A stretch of DNA of 49,296 bases from Candidatus Nanohaloarchaea archaeon (GCA_042217695.1 JBDGSE010000014.1:1-49296); one strand, 5' to 3'; shown: positions 28,441 to 37,749, numbered from the stretch's first letter. Numbers and translations: made by a program. The notes: generated from the letters alone by a model not told the origin.

Positions 28441-28739
28441 TCCAGGGTAACTCTTACGTGGCCGTCCTCGGCGTATTCTCCGACTTCGTCGTCCAGTGAC
28501 GCCTCTTCTCCGTTCAACAGGACCTGGTAATCCGGATCCTCTCCGTTCGCCTGGGCCTCGATCTGTTCTCCCACTTTCTCCACCACAAACCTCTCGTCTC
28601 CCCGTACATCAGGGGTCAGTAGCTGTATCGGTATCTCCCGGACGGTGAGCTCAGAGAACACCCTGAACCGGTAATCCATGTTGAACTCCAGCACCACTGT
28701 TTCGTCATACCCGCGCGACATGTCTCGAATTTCTGCCAT
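28437..28739 (-). CDS. Hypothetical 100-aa protein, possibly beta-grasp (ubiquitin/MoaD-like) without terminal GG
   Basis: ATG at 28739; C-terminal YQVLLNGEEASLDDEV..DGHVRVTLD. Confidence 0.6.
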   Translation of the reverse strand: MAEIRDMSRGYDETVVLEFNMDYRFRVFSELTVREIPIQLLTPDVRGDERFVVEKVGEQIEAQANGEDPDYQVLLNGEEASLDDEVGEYAEDGHVRVTLD

Positions 28740-29561
28740 AACTATTATTTTCGGGCACCCAAATAATTCTTTACCCGGACCCGATGAGTGTTCGTATAGC
28801 TCCAACACTCAGGGGTTCGCCCTCCCTCAGGACACGACCTCCAGCACAAACCTCCTTTATACAGATATGGAGGGTTCGTGTTTCTGGGTACATCTCTGGC
28901 GCCTGGGCAAGGGTAATCCAGAGAGATGTGCTATAAAATAAAGAAGGTATGTTTTCACTGTCCGGAAGACGGCTGACTGATTCACTGGCTTCTGTTATAC
29001 CTTCTTTGTTCTGGAGGTTTTCCTCATTTCTCCGTTCTGTCCAGAGTGTCTGTGTTTTTTGCACACTCGTTGAGCAGGAGGTCTGCGATCGGATGTTCTG
29101 ACATATCGTGTTCTACACTCTCTGTTCGTGCCAGGTTGCGCGGCCTCAGGACAGAAGAGTGTTCGTAGAACTTGAACTCTCTTTTTCCACAGGACGTTAC
29201 TTTGTGAGAACAACATTTGTTTTTAAAGAGTATAGAGTGTTCGTTATTTTTGAACTAGTTGGTGTGTGTCTGCTGTGAACATCCTGCCGGCCAGGGAAGG
29301 TATCTTTCTGTCCGCGCGAGAGTGTGGCTTCTGTGTGTCGCCGGCCTGGTGCCTCTCTTTGAGGTGTGAGGTCTGGCGGCTTTCATCGTCGGTCCGGAGA
29401 GATCTACCTGAACGACTGTCTGCTCCGACAGAAGTGTTTGTCCGCCGGTTTCAAGGAAAACCTCCTAAACCGGGTTTTGAGCCGATGAAACCGACAAAAC
29501 CGTCAAAAGTTTGGTGTATGTATCAGAACCCTTTTTCTATGAGAAGCGTTTAATCGGTTTT

Positions 29562-30140
29562 ATGAGTATGATAGCACGACTCCGTGATTCGACGGCGGAA
29601 GCTCGCAAGAAGTACTCGCTTCTTGGAATCAGACTGATGATGGGCTGGATTTTCTTTACCGCCGGCCTGGGTAAACTCCTGGACAAGGACGGTCTCGCTT
29701 TCAAAGGCGCGGCACCGTACCTGGCGCATGCGTCTCTGCAGACGCCATCGTTCTCGGGAGGTATCCAGGGCATCCTTCAGGCTCCTGGCCTGGCCCTGGT
29801 AAAGGTCGGGGCGGTTATCATGGAACCTGTCTTCGGTTTCATGGCCAGCATCCCGTTCATAGGGCAGCTGGTGGTCCTCAGCGAATTATTCGTTGGACTG
29901 GCCCTGCTCTTCGGCGTGCTGACAAGGCTCGGTGCCTTCATCGGCGCAGTTATGGCGCTGATGTTCTACTACGGCAACACGGCCTTCAAGCACGGTCTGA
30001 TGAACTCTGACTTCGTCTACCTCTACCTGTTCGTGGTTATCGCGGTGGTAGGGGCTGGCAGGTTCTACGGTTTCGACGACCGTCTTGCCGAGTCGGAGTT
30101 CTTTGAGAGATATCCAAGGCTGAAGTACCTGCTTGGCTGA
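29562..30140 (+). CDS. DoxX/DoxD family membrane protein
   Basis: IRLMMGWIFF.AG..K, ELFVGLALLFGVLTRLGA, GAGRFYGFD. Confidence 0.92.
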   Translation: MSMIARLRDSTAEARKKYSLLGIRLMMGWIFFTAGLGKLLDKDGLAFKGAAPYLAHASLQTPSFSGGIQGILQAPGLALVKVGAVIMEPVFGFMASIPFIGQLVVLSELFVGLALLFGVLTRLGAFIGAVMALMFYYGNTAFKHGLMNSDFVYLYLFVVIAVVGAGRFYGFDDRLAESEFFERYPRLKYLLG

Positions 30141-30262
30141 CGCCGGTATGGACGGGCGACAGTGCCGGTCCTCACAACTTTCTTTTTTATTTTCCTTTGA
30201 AAGCGCCTGGAGGGGCATGATTGAAATAGGAAGCCCACAAATTATCGATATAGGCGATATTC

Positions 30263-30673
30263 ATGGAGATAATGGGCGTCAAGATCAACCTGAACAGGAG
30301 AGACTGGATCCGGGTAGGATCCCTGCTACTTGTGATGGTTGTGGTAGGAAACCTGGGAGGCCTCACCAACCATGCACTTGTAGTTCAGAGAGTGATGGTG
30401 CCGCTGACACTGCTTGCCATGGTATTCGGTATCTACTTCACCATAAAGACCAAGCAGCAGTGGGGTGGCCAGATGGGCCGTTTCTTGGATATGCAGGCGG
30501 TAGCCATGACACTCCTCACCTACATGTGGATACTTACTGTGGTGGTCAACCAGGGAATACCGCTCTTCGGCATCCCCACCAACTACTGGCTGAGCTACAT
30601 GTACTCGTCAGGCGGTGCAGGGTTTGTTACAGCAGTATACTCGTTCTACCTGCTTAACTCCGGAGGGCAATAA
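30263..30673 (+). CDS. Hypothetical 4-TM membrane protein
   Basis: Four hydrophobic segments; followed by a T-rich terminator. Confidence 0.75.
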   Translation: MEIMGVKINLNRRDWIRVGSLLLVMVVVGNLGGLTNHALVVQRVMVPLTLLAMVFGIYFTIKTKQQWGGQMGRFLDMQAVAMTLLTYMWILTVVVNQGIPLFGIPTNYWLSYMYSSGGAGFVTAVYSFYLLNSGGQ

Positions 30674-30739
30674 CCCTTTTTTCTTTGTTCTTGAGTTGCA
30701 GTCGGCCGTGAGATGGTGTAAGAAGAAAAAGGAGGGAAG

Positions 30740-31396
30740 TCAGTCGAGGTCTCTGAGGACGAACCACCAGTCTCTGATGTCGTAACCCTGATCCTCGGCC
30801 TCTCTGATACGTTCCCGCATCTCTTCATCGGTTGAGGGAGGCGGGAGGAGCGCACTGTCGCCGAAGTCTTCGTTTTCCGGCCAGTTGGCCGGGAGCGCCA
30901 CTCCTTCGCTGTCAGAGGTCTGCAGCGCTTTCAGTGAACGCAGGATCTCATCGATGTTTCTTCCTGCCTCCTCCGGGTAGTAGAGCACCTGTCTCACAAC
31001 GCCCTCGGGGTCGACGATGAAGACTGCTCGGACGGTAGAGGTGCTTCCGCCCTGGAGCATCCCCAGTTCTTCCGCCACCTCACCGCTTTCGTCCGCGATG
31101 ATGGGGAACTCGATTTCTTCGCCGAACTCGTCCTCTATCCACTCGGTCCACTTGATGTGGGAGTGTACACGGTCTACGGATAGTCCCACCAGGTTCGCGT
31201 TGAGTTCATCGAACTCCTCCTTCCTTTGCTGGAAGGCAAGGAACTCTGTCGTGCATACCGGGGTGAAATCGCCGGGATGACTGAAAAGCACGAGCCATTC
31301 CCCGCTGTAATCTTCCGGCAGTTCTATCCTGCCGTGCGTTGATTTTGCAGTTATCTCGGGAAAGTCTTCTCCTATAAGAGGGATGTTGTTTTCCAT
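30740..31396 (-). CDS. Peroxiredoxin (Prx6/1-Cys type)
   Basis: FSHPGDFTPVCTTEF, GRNIDEILR, PANWP. Confidence 0.96.
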   Translation of the reverse strand: MENNIPLIGEDFPEITAKSTHGRIELPEDYSGEWLVLFSHPGDFTPVCTTEFLAFQQRKEEFDELNANLVGLSVDRVHSHIKWTEWIEDEFGEEIEFPIIADESGEVAEELGMLQGGSTSTVRAVFIVDPEGVVRQVLYYPEEAGRNIDEILRSLKALQTSDSEGVALPANWPENEDFGDSALLPPPSTDEEMRERIREAEDQGYDIRDWWFVLRDLD

Positions 31397-31448
31397 AACT
31401 GGGTCCAGGCCGGCAAGCTTCTTTAACGGAAAGGTTACCTCCAGGTTC

Positions 31449-32510
31449 CTATATGAAGTCCTTCACCGTCTCGAAGAAGGTCTTCTCCTTTTCAGGTTCG
31501 CGGCGCATCTCCTGGATCTCTTCGCTGCCGTCCAGGTCCTCTGGAACTTTCACGTCGACTTTGACGTAGAGGTCTCCGGAACCTCTCCGGGAGGGCATAC
31601 CCTTTCCACGGGCTCGTAGTACCTCGCCCGGCTGTGTACCTGCGGGGACGTCCAGCTCGATATCGGATTCTGGATGGGGGATGTGTACCTCCGTCCCCAG
31701 GGCAGCGTCGCCCAGTCCTATCTTCGCCGAGGTGAACAGGTCGTCACCCCTGCGCTCCAGGACAGGATGCTCTTCCAGCGTGACGTAGACGTAGAGGTCG
31801 CCCGAACGGCCATCTCTGTCTTCATTACCTTTTCCGCGGACTCTCAGCTTCTGGCCGTCTTTAACTCCTGCCGGCACGTCGACGGTGATCTGGTCCTCTT
31901 CCTCCACGGTGCCGGAGCCGTTACATTCATGACAGGCCTCCTCCGGGATTTCGCCGCGGCCTCCACACTCGGGGCACTCTGTTACTGTTTGTGCCCTTCC
32001 CAGTGGAGTCTGCTGGACCTGACGGACCCGGCCCTGACCGCCGCATTCCTCGCATCGGGAAGTCTTCCCGTTCTCGGCACCGGTCCCGTTGCATTCCGGG
32101 CACTGCCTGGTCCGGGATACCTTGAAACTTTTTTCAACGCCGCTGTATGCTTCCTCAAGGGTTATGGTGGTGTGTACCTTCAGCGCGGTTCCTGTCTGCT
32201 GGGAGGAACCGAAGCCGCCTCCCCCGCCGAATATCTGCTCGAAAAGGTCCTGGAAATTGGAGGCGGCCCTTCTCTGACCTGCGGAGGCCTGGCCCTCGAC
32301 GCCGGCCTTTCCGAACTGGTCGTACTTCTGTCTTTTCTCCTCGTCAGATAGAACATCGTAGGCCTTGTTTATCTTCTTGAACTTCTCCTCGTCTCCGCCA
32401 CCCTGGGAATCAGGGTGGTGTTTCTTCGCCTTTTCTCTGTACGCCTTCTTTATCTCCTCCTGTGAGGCGTCTTCCGAAACTCCGAGAACTTCGTAGTACT
32501 CTTTGCTCAC
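31449..32510 (-). CDS. dnaJ: Chaperone DnaJ
   Basis: J domain HPD; four CxxCxGxG repeats. Confidence 0.97.
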   Translation of the reverse strand: MSKEYYEVLGVSEDASQEEIKKAYREKAKKHHPDSQGGGDEEKFKKINKAYDVLSDEEKRQKYDQFGKAGVEGQASAGQRRAASNFQDLFEQIFGGGGGFGSSQQTGTALKVHTTITLEEAYSGVEKSFKVSRTRQCPECNGTGAENGKTSRCEECGGQGRVRQVQQTPLGRAQTVTECPECGGRGEIPEEACHECNGSGTVEEEDQITVDVPAGVKDGQKLRVRGKGNEDRDGRSGDLYVYVTLEEHPVLERRGDDLFTSAKIGLGDAALGTEVHIPHPESDIELDVPAGTQPGEVLRARGKGMPSRRGSGDLYVKVDVKVPEDLDGSEEIQEMRREPEKEKTFFETVKDFI

Positions 32511-32511
32511 T

Positions 32512-32587
32512 CGAAAACACCTAGTGTTTCCTGCGACCAGAAGACTCTATGAGTCCTCGCATCAAACTTCACAAAGTTTGATCATGC
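32512..32587. repeat. Multi-hairpin palindromic element in the dnaK-dnaJ spacer, related to the tRNA intron
   Basis: Stems AAACAC/GTGTTT, GCGA..GACTC-TAT-GAGTC..TCGC and ATCAAACTT/AAGTTTGAT. Confidence 0.65.
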
Positions 32588-32646
32588 TCTGCCGCGCTTC
32601 GAAGGTTCTCTCGGTTTTTGAAAAATAATCGGGGACGGAGGACATC

Positions 32647-34542
32647 TTAGTCCTCCTTCTCCTCGTCGGTGTCAACTTCCTCGTAGTCGGCTTCGACCAC
32701 TTCGTCGTTTCCAGGGCTTCCGGCGCCACCCATGTTCTGGGCGGCCTGTTTCAGGTCTTCCTCGCTCATGTTGGAAGGGTCGACTCCTCCGGCAGCCTGG
32801 TCGCCGTAGATCTCCTTCCCGATCTCCTGGAGCTTTTCCTGGAGTTCCTCTATGGCATCTTCCAGGTGTTCTGTGCCTTCCTCGAGGTCCATCTCTTCGG
32901 CTTCTTCCTTCGCCTCTTCCAGTTCTTCGATCTCGTCCTCGATGTCTTCCAGCGTGTCGTCGTCCAGCTGTTCATCGAACTCGTCGAGCTGCTGTTCTGC
33001 CTGTGAGACGGCCTGGTCTGCCTGGTTCTTGGCCTCGATGAAATCCCGGCGTTTCTCGTCTTCCTCTGCGTGTTTCTCGGCTTCTTCCTTCATCTCTTCT
33101 ATCTCCTCGTCGTCGAGCCGGGCCTGGTCCTCGATTGTGATCGAGGCTTCTTCACCGGTCTGCTGTTCCTCCGCGCTCACCTGCAGGATGCCGTCGGCAT
33201 CGATCTCGAACGTGACTTCGATGCGGGGCTGTCCTGCGGGCGCTGGAGGTATACCCTCCAGGTTGAACTGTCCGAGAGATTTGTTGTCCTTCGCCATCTC
33301 CCGTTCTCCCTGGACCACGTGTACAGTTACCATGGACTGGCTGTCCTGCGCGGTCGTGAAGGTCTTGGTCTCTTCAGCAGGGATGGTGGTGTTTTTCTCT
33401 ATCAGTGTTTCTGTCAGGCCTCCCTTCACTTCGACACCGAGGGAGAGGGGTGCGACATCGAGGAGCAGGAGATCGTCCATCTCGCCGGAGATGCTTCCGG
33501 CCTGGATCGCTGCTCCCAGCGCCACTGCTTCGTCGGGGCTGACCGACTGGTCGGGTTCCATCCCGGTTATCTCCTGGACGTGTTCCTTTACCGCGGGGAC
33601 CCGGGTGGTTCCGCCCACCAGTATCACGTCATCGATATCTGATTTTTCGACGCCGGAGTCCTCTATGGCTGTCTCTGTTGGTTCGGTGGTTCTCTCTATC
33701 AGGTCCTCGACCAGGTCCTCGAACTTTGAGCGGGTGAGTTCGTAGTCGATGTTGTATGTGTCACCGCCCTCCTGGTGGATGAACGGGATGTTGATGTTGG
33801 CGGATTTTCTCGAGGAGAGCTCCTTCTTGGCCTCTTCCGCGTTCTCTCTTATACGCTGGAGGGCTTCATCGTTTCTGGAGAGGTCGATATCGTTTTCCTC
33901 CTCGAACTTTTCGAGCACCCAGTCCACGATCTCGGAATCAAAGTCGTCTCCACCGAGGTCGTTGTCTCCCTCCGTGGCGAGGACCTCGTAGACGCCGTCA
34001 CCTGTTTCAAGCACGGTGACATCGAAGGTTCCGCCACCGAAGTCGTAGACGAGGACTGTCTTGTCCTGGTCGTCGTCCAGCCCGTACGCGAGTGACGCCG
34101 CGGTCGGCTCGTTCAGTATCCGTTCGACTTCGAGTCCGGCGATCTCTCCCGCATCTTTAGTGGCCTGTCGCTGGGTGTCATCGAAGTGAGCCGGAACGGT
34201 TATCACGGCTTTCTCGATTTCCTCGCCGAGTTTTTCCTCCGCGTCCCGCTTCATCTTCTGGAGGATCATCGAGGATATCTCTTGAGGGGTGTAGTCTTCG
34301 TCCTCGAGTTCTACCTCGTAGTCCTCCCCCATGTGGCGTTTGATGGAGCGGACGGTGTTCTCCTGGTTGGTCAGCATCTGGTTCTTCGCAGGTTTGCCTA
34401 CTATTCTCTCACCGTCGTCAAACGCCACGATAGAGGGCGTGACGCGTTCTCCTTCGGAGTTTTCGATGATTTCGGGTTCGCCGTCCTTGATGACGGCCAT
34501 GGCGCTTCTGGTTGTTCCGAGATCGATTCCGAGTAGTGTCAT
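32647..34542 (-). CDS. dnaK: Chaperone DnaK
   Basis: [21 protein letters not shown]. Confidence 0.98.
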   Translation of the reverse strand: MTLLGIDLGTTRSAMAVIKDGEPEIIENSEGERVTPSIVAFDDGERIVGKPAKNQMLTNQENTVRSIKRHMGEDYEVELEDEDYTPQEISSMILQKMKRDAEEKLGEEIEKAVITVPAHFDDTQRQATKDAGEIAGLEVERILNEPTAASLAYGLDDDQDKTVLVYDFGGGTFDVTVLETGDGVYEVLATEGDNDLGGDDFDSEIVDWVLEKFEEENDIDLSRNDEALQRIRENAEEAKKELSSRKSANINIPFIHQEGGDTYNIDYELTRSKFEDLVEDLIERTTEPTETAIEDSGVEKSDIDDVILVGGTTRVPAVKEHVQEITGMEPDQSVSPDEAVALGAAIQAGSISGEMDDLLLLDVAPLSLGVEVKGGLTETLIEKNTTIPAEETKTFTTAQDSQSMVTVHVVQGEREMAKDNKSLGQFNLEGIPPAPAGQPRIEVTFEIDADGILQVSAEEQQTGEEASITIEDQARLDDEEIEEMKEEAEKHAEEDEKRRDFIEAKNQADQAVSQAEQQLDEFDEQLDDDTLEDIEDEIEELEEAKEEAEEMDLEEGTEHLEDAIEELQEKLQEIGKEIYGDQAAGGVDPSNMSEEDLKQAAQNMGGAGSPGNDEVVEADYEEVDTDEEKED

Positions 34543-34546
34543 AGTA

Positions 34547-35041
34547 TCATTTTTCGTTCTTTCCGACCACTACCTCTGCTTCACGCAGGACGTGGTCTCT
34601 GTACCTGTATCCAGGTCTTTTTGTCTCGATGACGCGGTTGTGTTCCTCGTGTTCTTTCACGTCAACGGCGTTGTGGAGGTGTGGGTCGAATTCCTCTCCT
34701 TCGGCGTCTATACGTTCCAGGCCGCGTTTCTCCAGGGTGCTGTAGAGCTGGTCTGCCACCATCTTCACCCCCTGTAGGAGCCCGGAGTCCTCCTCTGCAG
34801 AGACTATGGCGCGCTCCAGGTTGTCCATCACGGAGATAAGTTCCTCGCTCAGTTCCTTCCTGGCGTCGTGCTTCCACTTCTCTTTGCGGTCTTCCTCTCT
34901 TTTCTTGTAGTTCTCGAAATCCGCCTTCACTTTCTTTGCCCGGGATTCCCACTCGTCTCGTTCCGACTGGGCCTTCGCCAGTTCTTCTTCGAGGTTGGCA
35001 AGTGCCTTTTCAAGTCTCTGCCTGGAGATATCTTCGTACAT
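34547..35041 (-). CDS. grpE: Nucleotide exchange factor GrpE
   Basis: [26 protein letters not shown]...VLR.A.V.V. Confidence 0.96.
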   Translation of the reverse strand: MYEDISRQRLEKALANLEEELAKAQSERDEWESRAKKVKADFENYKKREEDRKEKWKHDARKELSEELISVMDNLERAIVSAEEDSGLLQGVKMVADQLYSTLEKRGLERIDAEGEEFDPHLHNAVDVKEHEEHNRVIETKRPGYRYRDHVLREAEVVVGKNEK

Positions 35042-35082
35042 CTCTTTTTTGTTTAGATAAACAAAATTTTTTAACTCCGTTG

Positions 35083-35472
35083 CTAGCAGGTGTAATCGAC
35101 TTCCCCGTTGGTGGTGCTCAGTGTTATGGTGGTGACCGGGTATACCGGCGCCGTTATCTCCAGCCGGACTGTTTCCTGCGGGGAGACATACTGTTTCTTC
35201 CAGTCGTAGTTGTTCGTGGGGGTGCCGTTCAGGAAAACGTCTATGTATCCGGTGTTTATCGTCTCTGCGTTACCGTTACGGATCGCTGTCCATGTGTTGC
35301 CGGACTGCTTCCAGCAGCTCTCTATGTAGAGGTTGGACATCTTGACGATGTCTGTGTTCGGGTTCACGCTGGACTGGAAGCCGTCATAGAATTTCCAGAC
35401 AGTCCCTGCAGAGGCGATGGTTATCGTCACAAGCATCACCACTGCCACTACCGGGGTAACTCCCTTCTGCAT
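35083..35472 (-). CDS. Archaeal type IV pilin/archaellin-like protein
   Basis: Class III signal peptide MQKG|VTPVVAVVMLVTITIA. Confidence 0.88.
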   Translation of the reverse strand: MQKGVTPVVAVVMLVTITIASAGTVWKFYDGFQSSVNPNTDIVKMSNLYIESCWKQSGNTWTAIRNGNAETINTGYIDVFLNGTPTNNYDWKKQYVSPQETVRLEITAPVYPVTTITLSTTNGEVDYTC

Positions 35473-35543
35473 GTTTACTAATTATCGCCGGCGATTAAAT
35501 GAACTGGGCTATTTTAATAAACCTTCTTTGTTAAGAACGTGGT

Positions 35544-36020
35544 ATGTCGGAGCACCCTTTCGTGGACGAGGAGGCCAGGAAGTCGACAACGATTGTAACC
35601 AAACACTCCATCGCGATACCCGAGGACAAGCAGAAATACAAGCGGAGTGAACGCGCCTGGAACTGGGAGAAGATAGTGGATCTTTTCTTCCCTAGAGAAC
35701 AGTCTCCGAAGAGGAACAAGTACGCCAAGATATTTCTGCGCGAGCTGAAGGAGGAGGGTTCAATCGACTCCCAGAAGCTGAACCGCTTCGATGAATGGGG
35801 TCACGAGAAGGGAAAGAGCAACCTGAAGAACTTCATACTCCCAAAGTTAAGGCGGCTGGGAGTCATCAAATACGAGTACCTGGAATACAGAGACCGTAGA
35901 GAAGGCTCTCAGGGCCGCGAAAAGGTCATAAAGCCAGCGCGCTCGTTCACCTCGATACTGGATTCTATGGCGAACGGCTGGGCCACCTATGAATCGGCCG
36001 CGTTCGAAAACACCGATTAG
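35544..36020 (+). CDS. Hypothetical basic protein, probable winged-helix nucleic-acid binder
   Basis: K/R-rich in an acidic proteome; NFILPKLRRLGVI helix-wing pattern. Confidence 0.75.
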   Translation: MSEHPFVDEEARKSTTIVTKHSIAIPEDKQKYKRSERAWNWEKIVDLFFPREQSPKRNKYAKIFLRELKEEGSIDSQKLNRFDEWGHEKGKSNLKNFILPKLRRLGVIKYEYLEYRDRREGSQGREKVIKPARSFTSILDSMANGWATYESAAFENTD

Positions 36021-36032
36021 GCCTTCTTTAGC

Positions 36033-36158
36033 TTATAACGTGGTTGCTACTGTTACAGATGCGTCCGAGTGGACTTCTGTCTCCTCGCGCAGCTCCTCCT
36101 CGAACTGCGCCCGGAGTTCGGTTTCGAAGTCTCGTGTGTTCGCGTCGATTGTAGGCAC
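36033..36158 (-). CDS. 41-codon acidic micro-ORF downstream of the large ncRNA; not in the ORF track
   Basis: VPTIDANTRDFETELRAQFEEELREETEVHSDASVTVATTL, with genome-typical GAG/GAC codons. Confidence 0.55.
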   Translation of the reverse strand: MPTIDANTRDFETELRAQFEEELREETEVHSDASVTVATTL

Positions 36159-36182
36159 CTCTTTTTCGTTTTTCCAGGATTA

Positions 36183-36475
36183 AGGGAGGGCGGTAAAAGT
36201 TCCGGAGGCGACCCCCACCTTGCAAGCAGGGATCGCCCTAGAAAGCTCCATTCCTGTGTTCCACAGAGGCAGGAGAACGGAAGCTTTTCTGTTGTCGCCT
36301 TGAGTTTCGCGGTCGGCACCTGACTCCTGTCGGAGCCAAGGCTTCATCCCGCTTTACTCTGCCAGGAAGTTGATAATGGAGAACTTGGCCTTGGCCTGGG
36401 CGTGTTTATAGTGGCGTCTCACTGGGTCCACGGACACGTTCCCTGTGAGCCATCGCATTATACCCGAGGCCATCT
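36183..36475 (-). ncRNA. Unclassified ~300-nt structured RNA with a K-turn
   Basis: TATA-like TTAAAAA at 36502-36508; five stem-loop domains; GNRA loops; K-turn at 36309-36352. Confidence 0.68.
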
Positions 36476-36518
36476 TCTTAGAACCTACTTTGCATCAGTT
36501 CTTTTTAAGTCTGTTCCT

Positions 36519-37262
36519 TCACTGTCTGTACGGCTCGAACACTCTGCCTGTAAGCTGGTTATGGACGATCTCCATAAGTTCCTGGAGGTTCCGGGCGTCG
36601 TACTGGTTGTAGCGCACCAGCCTGTCCAGTGCCGATTCGTCGTTGTCCTCCTCGTACCGTTTCCATAACCGGACCGCCTCCCGGCCGTCTATGTCCTCCA
36701 GTTCTCTCTCGACGTCTAGCTGTTTTTCAATGCTCTTCAGTCCACCGGTGTATCCCAGCCTCTTGAAAAGGTACATCAGGTCGATGTGCGGGATCTCGAT
36801 GTCAATCCCCAGGTTCTTCTCCAGGAACGGCTGGTCGAAACGTTTGCCGTTGAAGGACACGAGGACGTTCGACCGGTGGAGCTCCTCCTCCAGGTTTTCC
36901 CGCGTCAGATCCTCGCCCCTCACAAGCGTCTTTGACTCTCCTTTCCTGTGGAAACTGACCGTCGTAACCCTGTTTTTCTCCGGAGAGAGTCCCGTGGTCT
37001 CTATATCGAAGAAGTTCGCCGAGTCCTCGAAGTTGCGGTAGAGCCGCCAGATCTCTTTATTCGGCAGTTTGTCGCCGAAAAACACGCTGTTGCCGACTTC
37101 GAGGTTCTTCCGGGCCTTCTCTATGAACTGGCGGATCTTCTCCTTCTTCCGTACATCTGAGCTGGAGATATGGTCCCAGTGGGTTACTCCGGACTCCCAT
37201 AGCTTCTTTTCGGTTTTCTCTCCTACTCCCGGCGCCAGAATAAAGCTGTTTTGGATACGCAT
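36519..37262 (-). CDS. YprB-like RNase H-fold (DEDD) exonuclease
   Basis: FFDIETTG, SFNGKRFD, HIDL, GGLKSIE, YNQYD. Confidence 0.92.
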   Translation of the reverse strand: MRIQNSFILAPGVGEKTEKKLWESGVTHWDHISSSDVRKKEKIRQFIEKARKNLEVGNSVFFGDKLPNKEIWRLYRNFEDSANFFDIETTGLSPEKNRVTTVSFHRKGESKTLVRGEDLTRENLEEELHRSNVLVSFNGKRFDQPFLEKNLGIDIEIPHIDLMYLFKRLGYTGGLKSIEKQLDVERELEDIDGREAVRLWKRYEEDNDESALDRLVRYNQYDARNLQELMEIVHNQLTGRVFEPYRQ

Positions 37263-37309
37263 GTATAAGGAAAAAATAGAAGGTAGAAATAATAAGTTTG
37301 TCGCTGAGC

Positions 37310-37507
37310 TTACTTGGACGTCTTGACGTCGTCAGCCTGGACGGTCTTCCGTCCTGCGTGCTCGGCGTATTTCTTGGATTCCCGAGCTCTTTCCTCAGCG
37401 TAGCCTTCCAGCTCGTCTCTGAGTTCCTCTACAGCGTCTTCAGAAACTCTGGAAGCGCCTGCCTGTTTGATAATTCTCTTGACTGGTGCGAGTGGTAGTT
37501 CTGCCAT
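37310..37507 (-). CDS. Archaeal histone (HMf-like)
   Basis: MAELPLAPVKRIIKQAGASRVS...HAGRKTV..DD. Confidence 0.96.
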   Translation of the reverse strand: MAELPLAPVKRIIKQAGASRVSEDAVEELRDELEGYAEERARESKKYAEHAGRKTVQADDVKTSK

Positions 37508-37749
37508 TGTTTGTCACCTCCTTGAAAGGGTTGTTCTTATGGGAGTATTGATACGAGGCATATAAAAACATTTTCTTCTTTTCCAGTCCGTATTCTCCTT
37601 ATAACCCGGTCAAAGAGGTGTGGAAACTTTTTCGGGTGCAGGAAATAAACTTCTCTGGAATCGGAGTCTTCCCGCCAGTTCTAACCGTTACAGAGGATTT
37701 AAAATGGTTTCTGCAGTGTAATGGCGTCTTTCAAGCTTCCGGTTCAAGA

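Larger units (their letters stand above)
28119..29244. repeat. Imperfect 26-bp inverted repeat (arms 28119-28144 and 29219-29244) containing TATA-like CTTTAAAA
   Basis: ACGAACATTCTATGTTCTTTAAAAAC versus reverse complement ACGAACACTCTATACTCTTTAAAAAC, 23/26 identical; weaker similarity continues ~30 bp inward. Confidence 0.75.

Noticed and set aside
28771..29553. ORFs 28771-29064, 28995-29216 and 29266-29553
   Set aside because: Composition and codon usage are unlike this acidic proteome; no motifs.
36183..36475. Identification as RNase P RNA, SRP RNA, tmRNA or cobalamin riboswitch
   Set aside because: Fragments resemble them (AACAGAAA, CCAGGCC, AGGGAA/GCCACT/AGTCAGG), but GAGGAAAGUCC with a matching P4, the SRP CAGG..GGAA..AGCAG helix and a tRNA-like domain are absent. 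Left unclassified.
37610..37665. Partial ORB-like words (TTCCACAC, TTCCAGAG on the minus strand) as a second origin
   Set aside because: They lack the GAAA half-site spacing and G-string, and no initiator gene is nearby.
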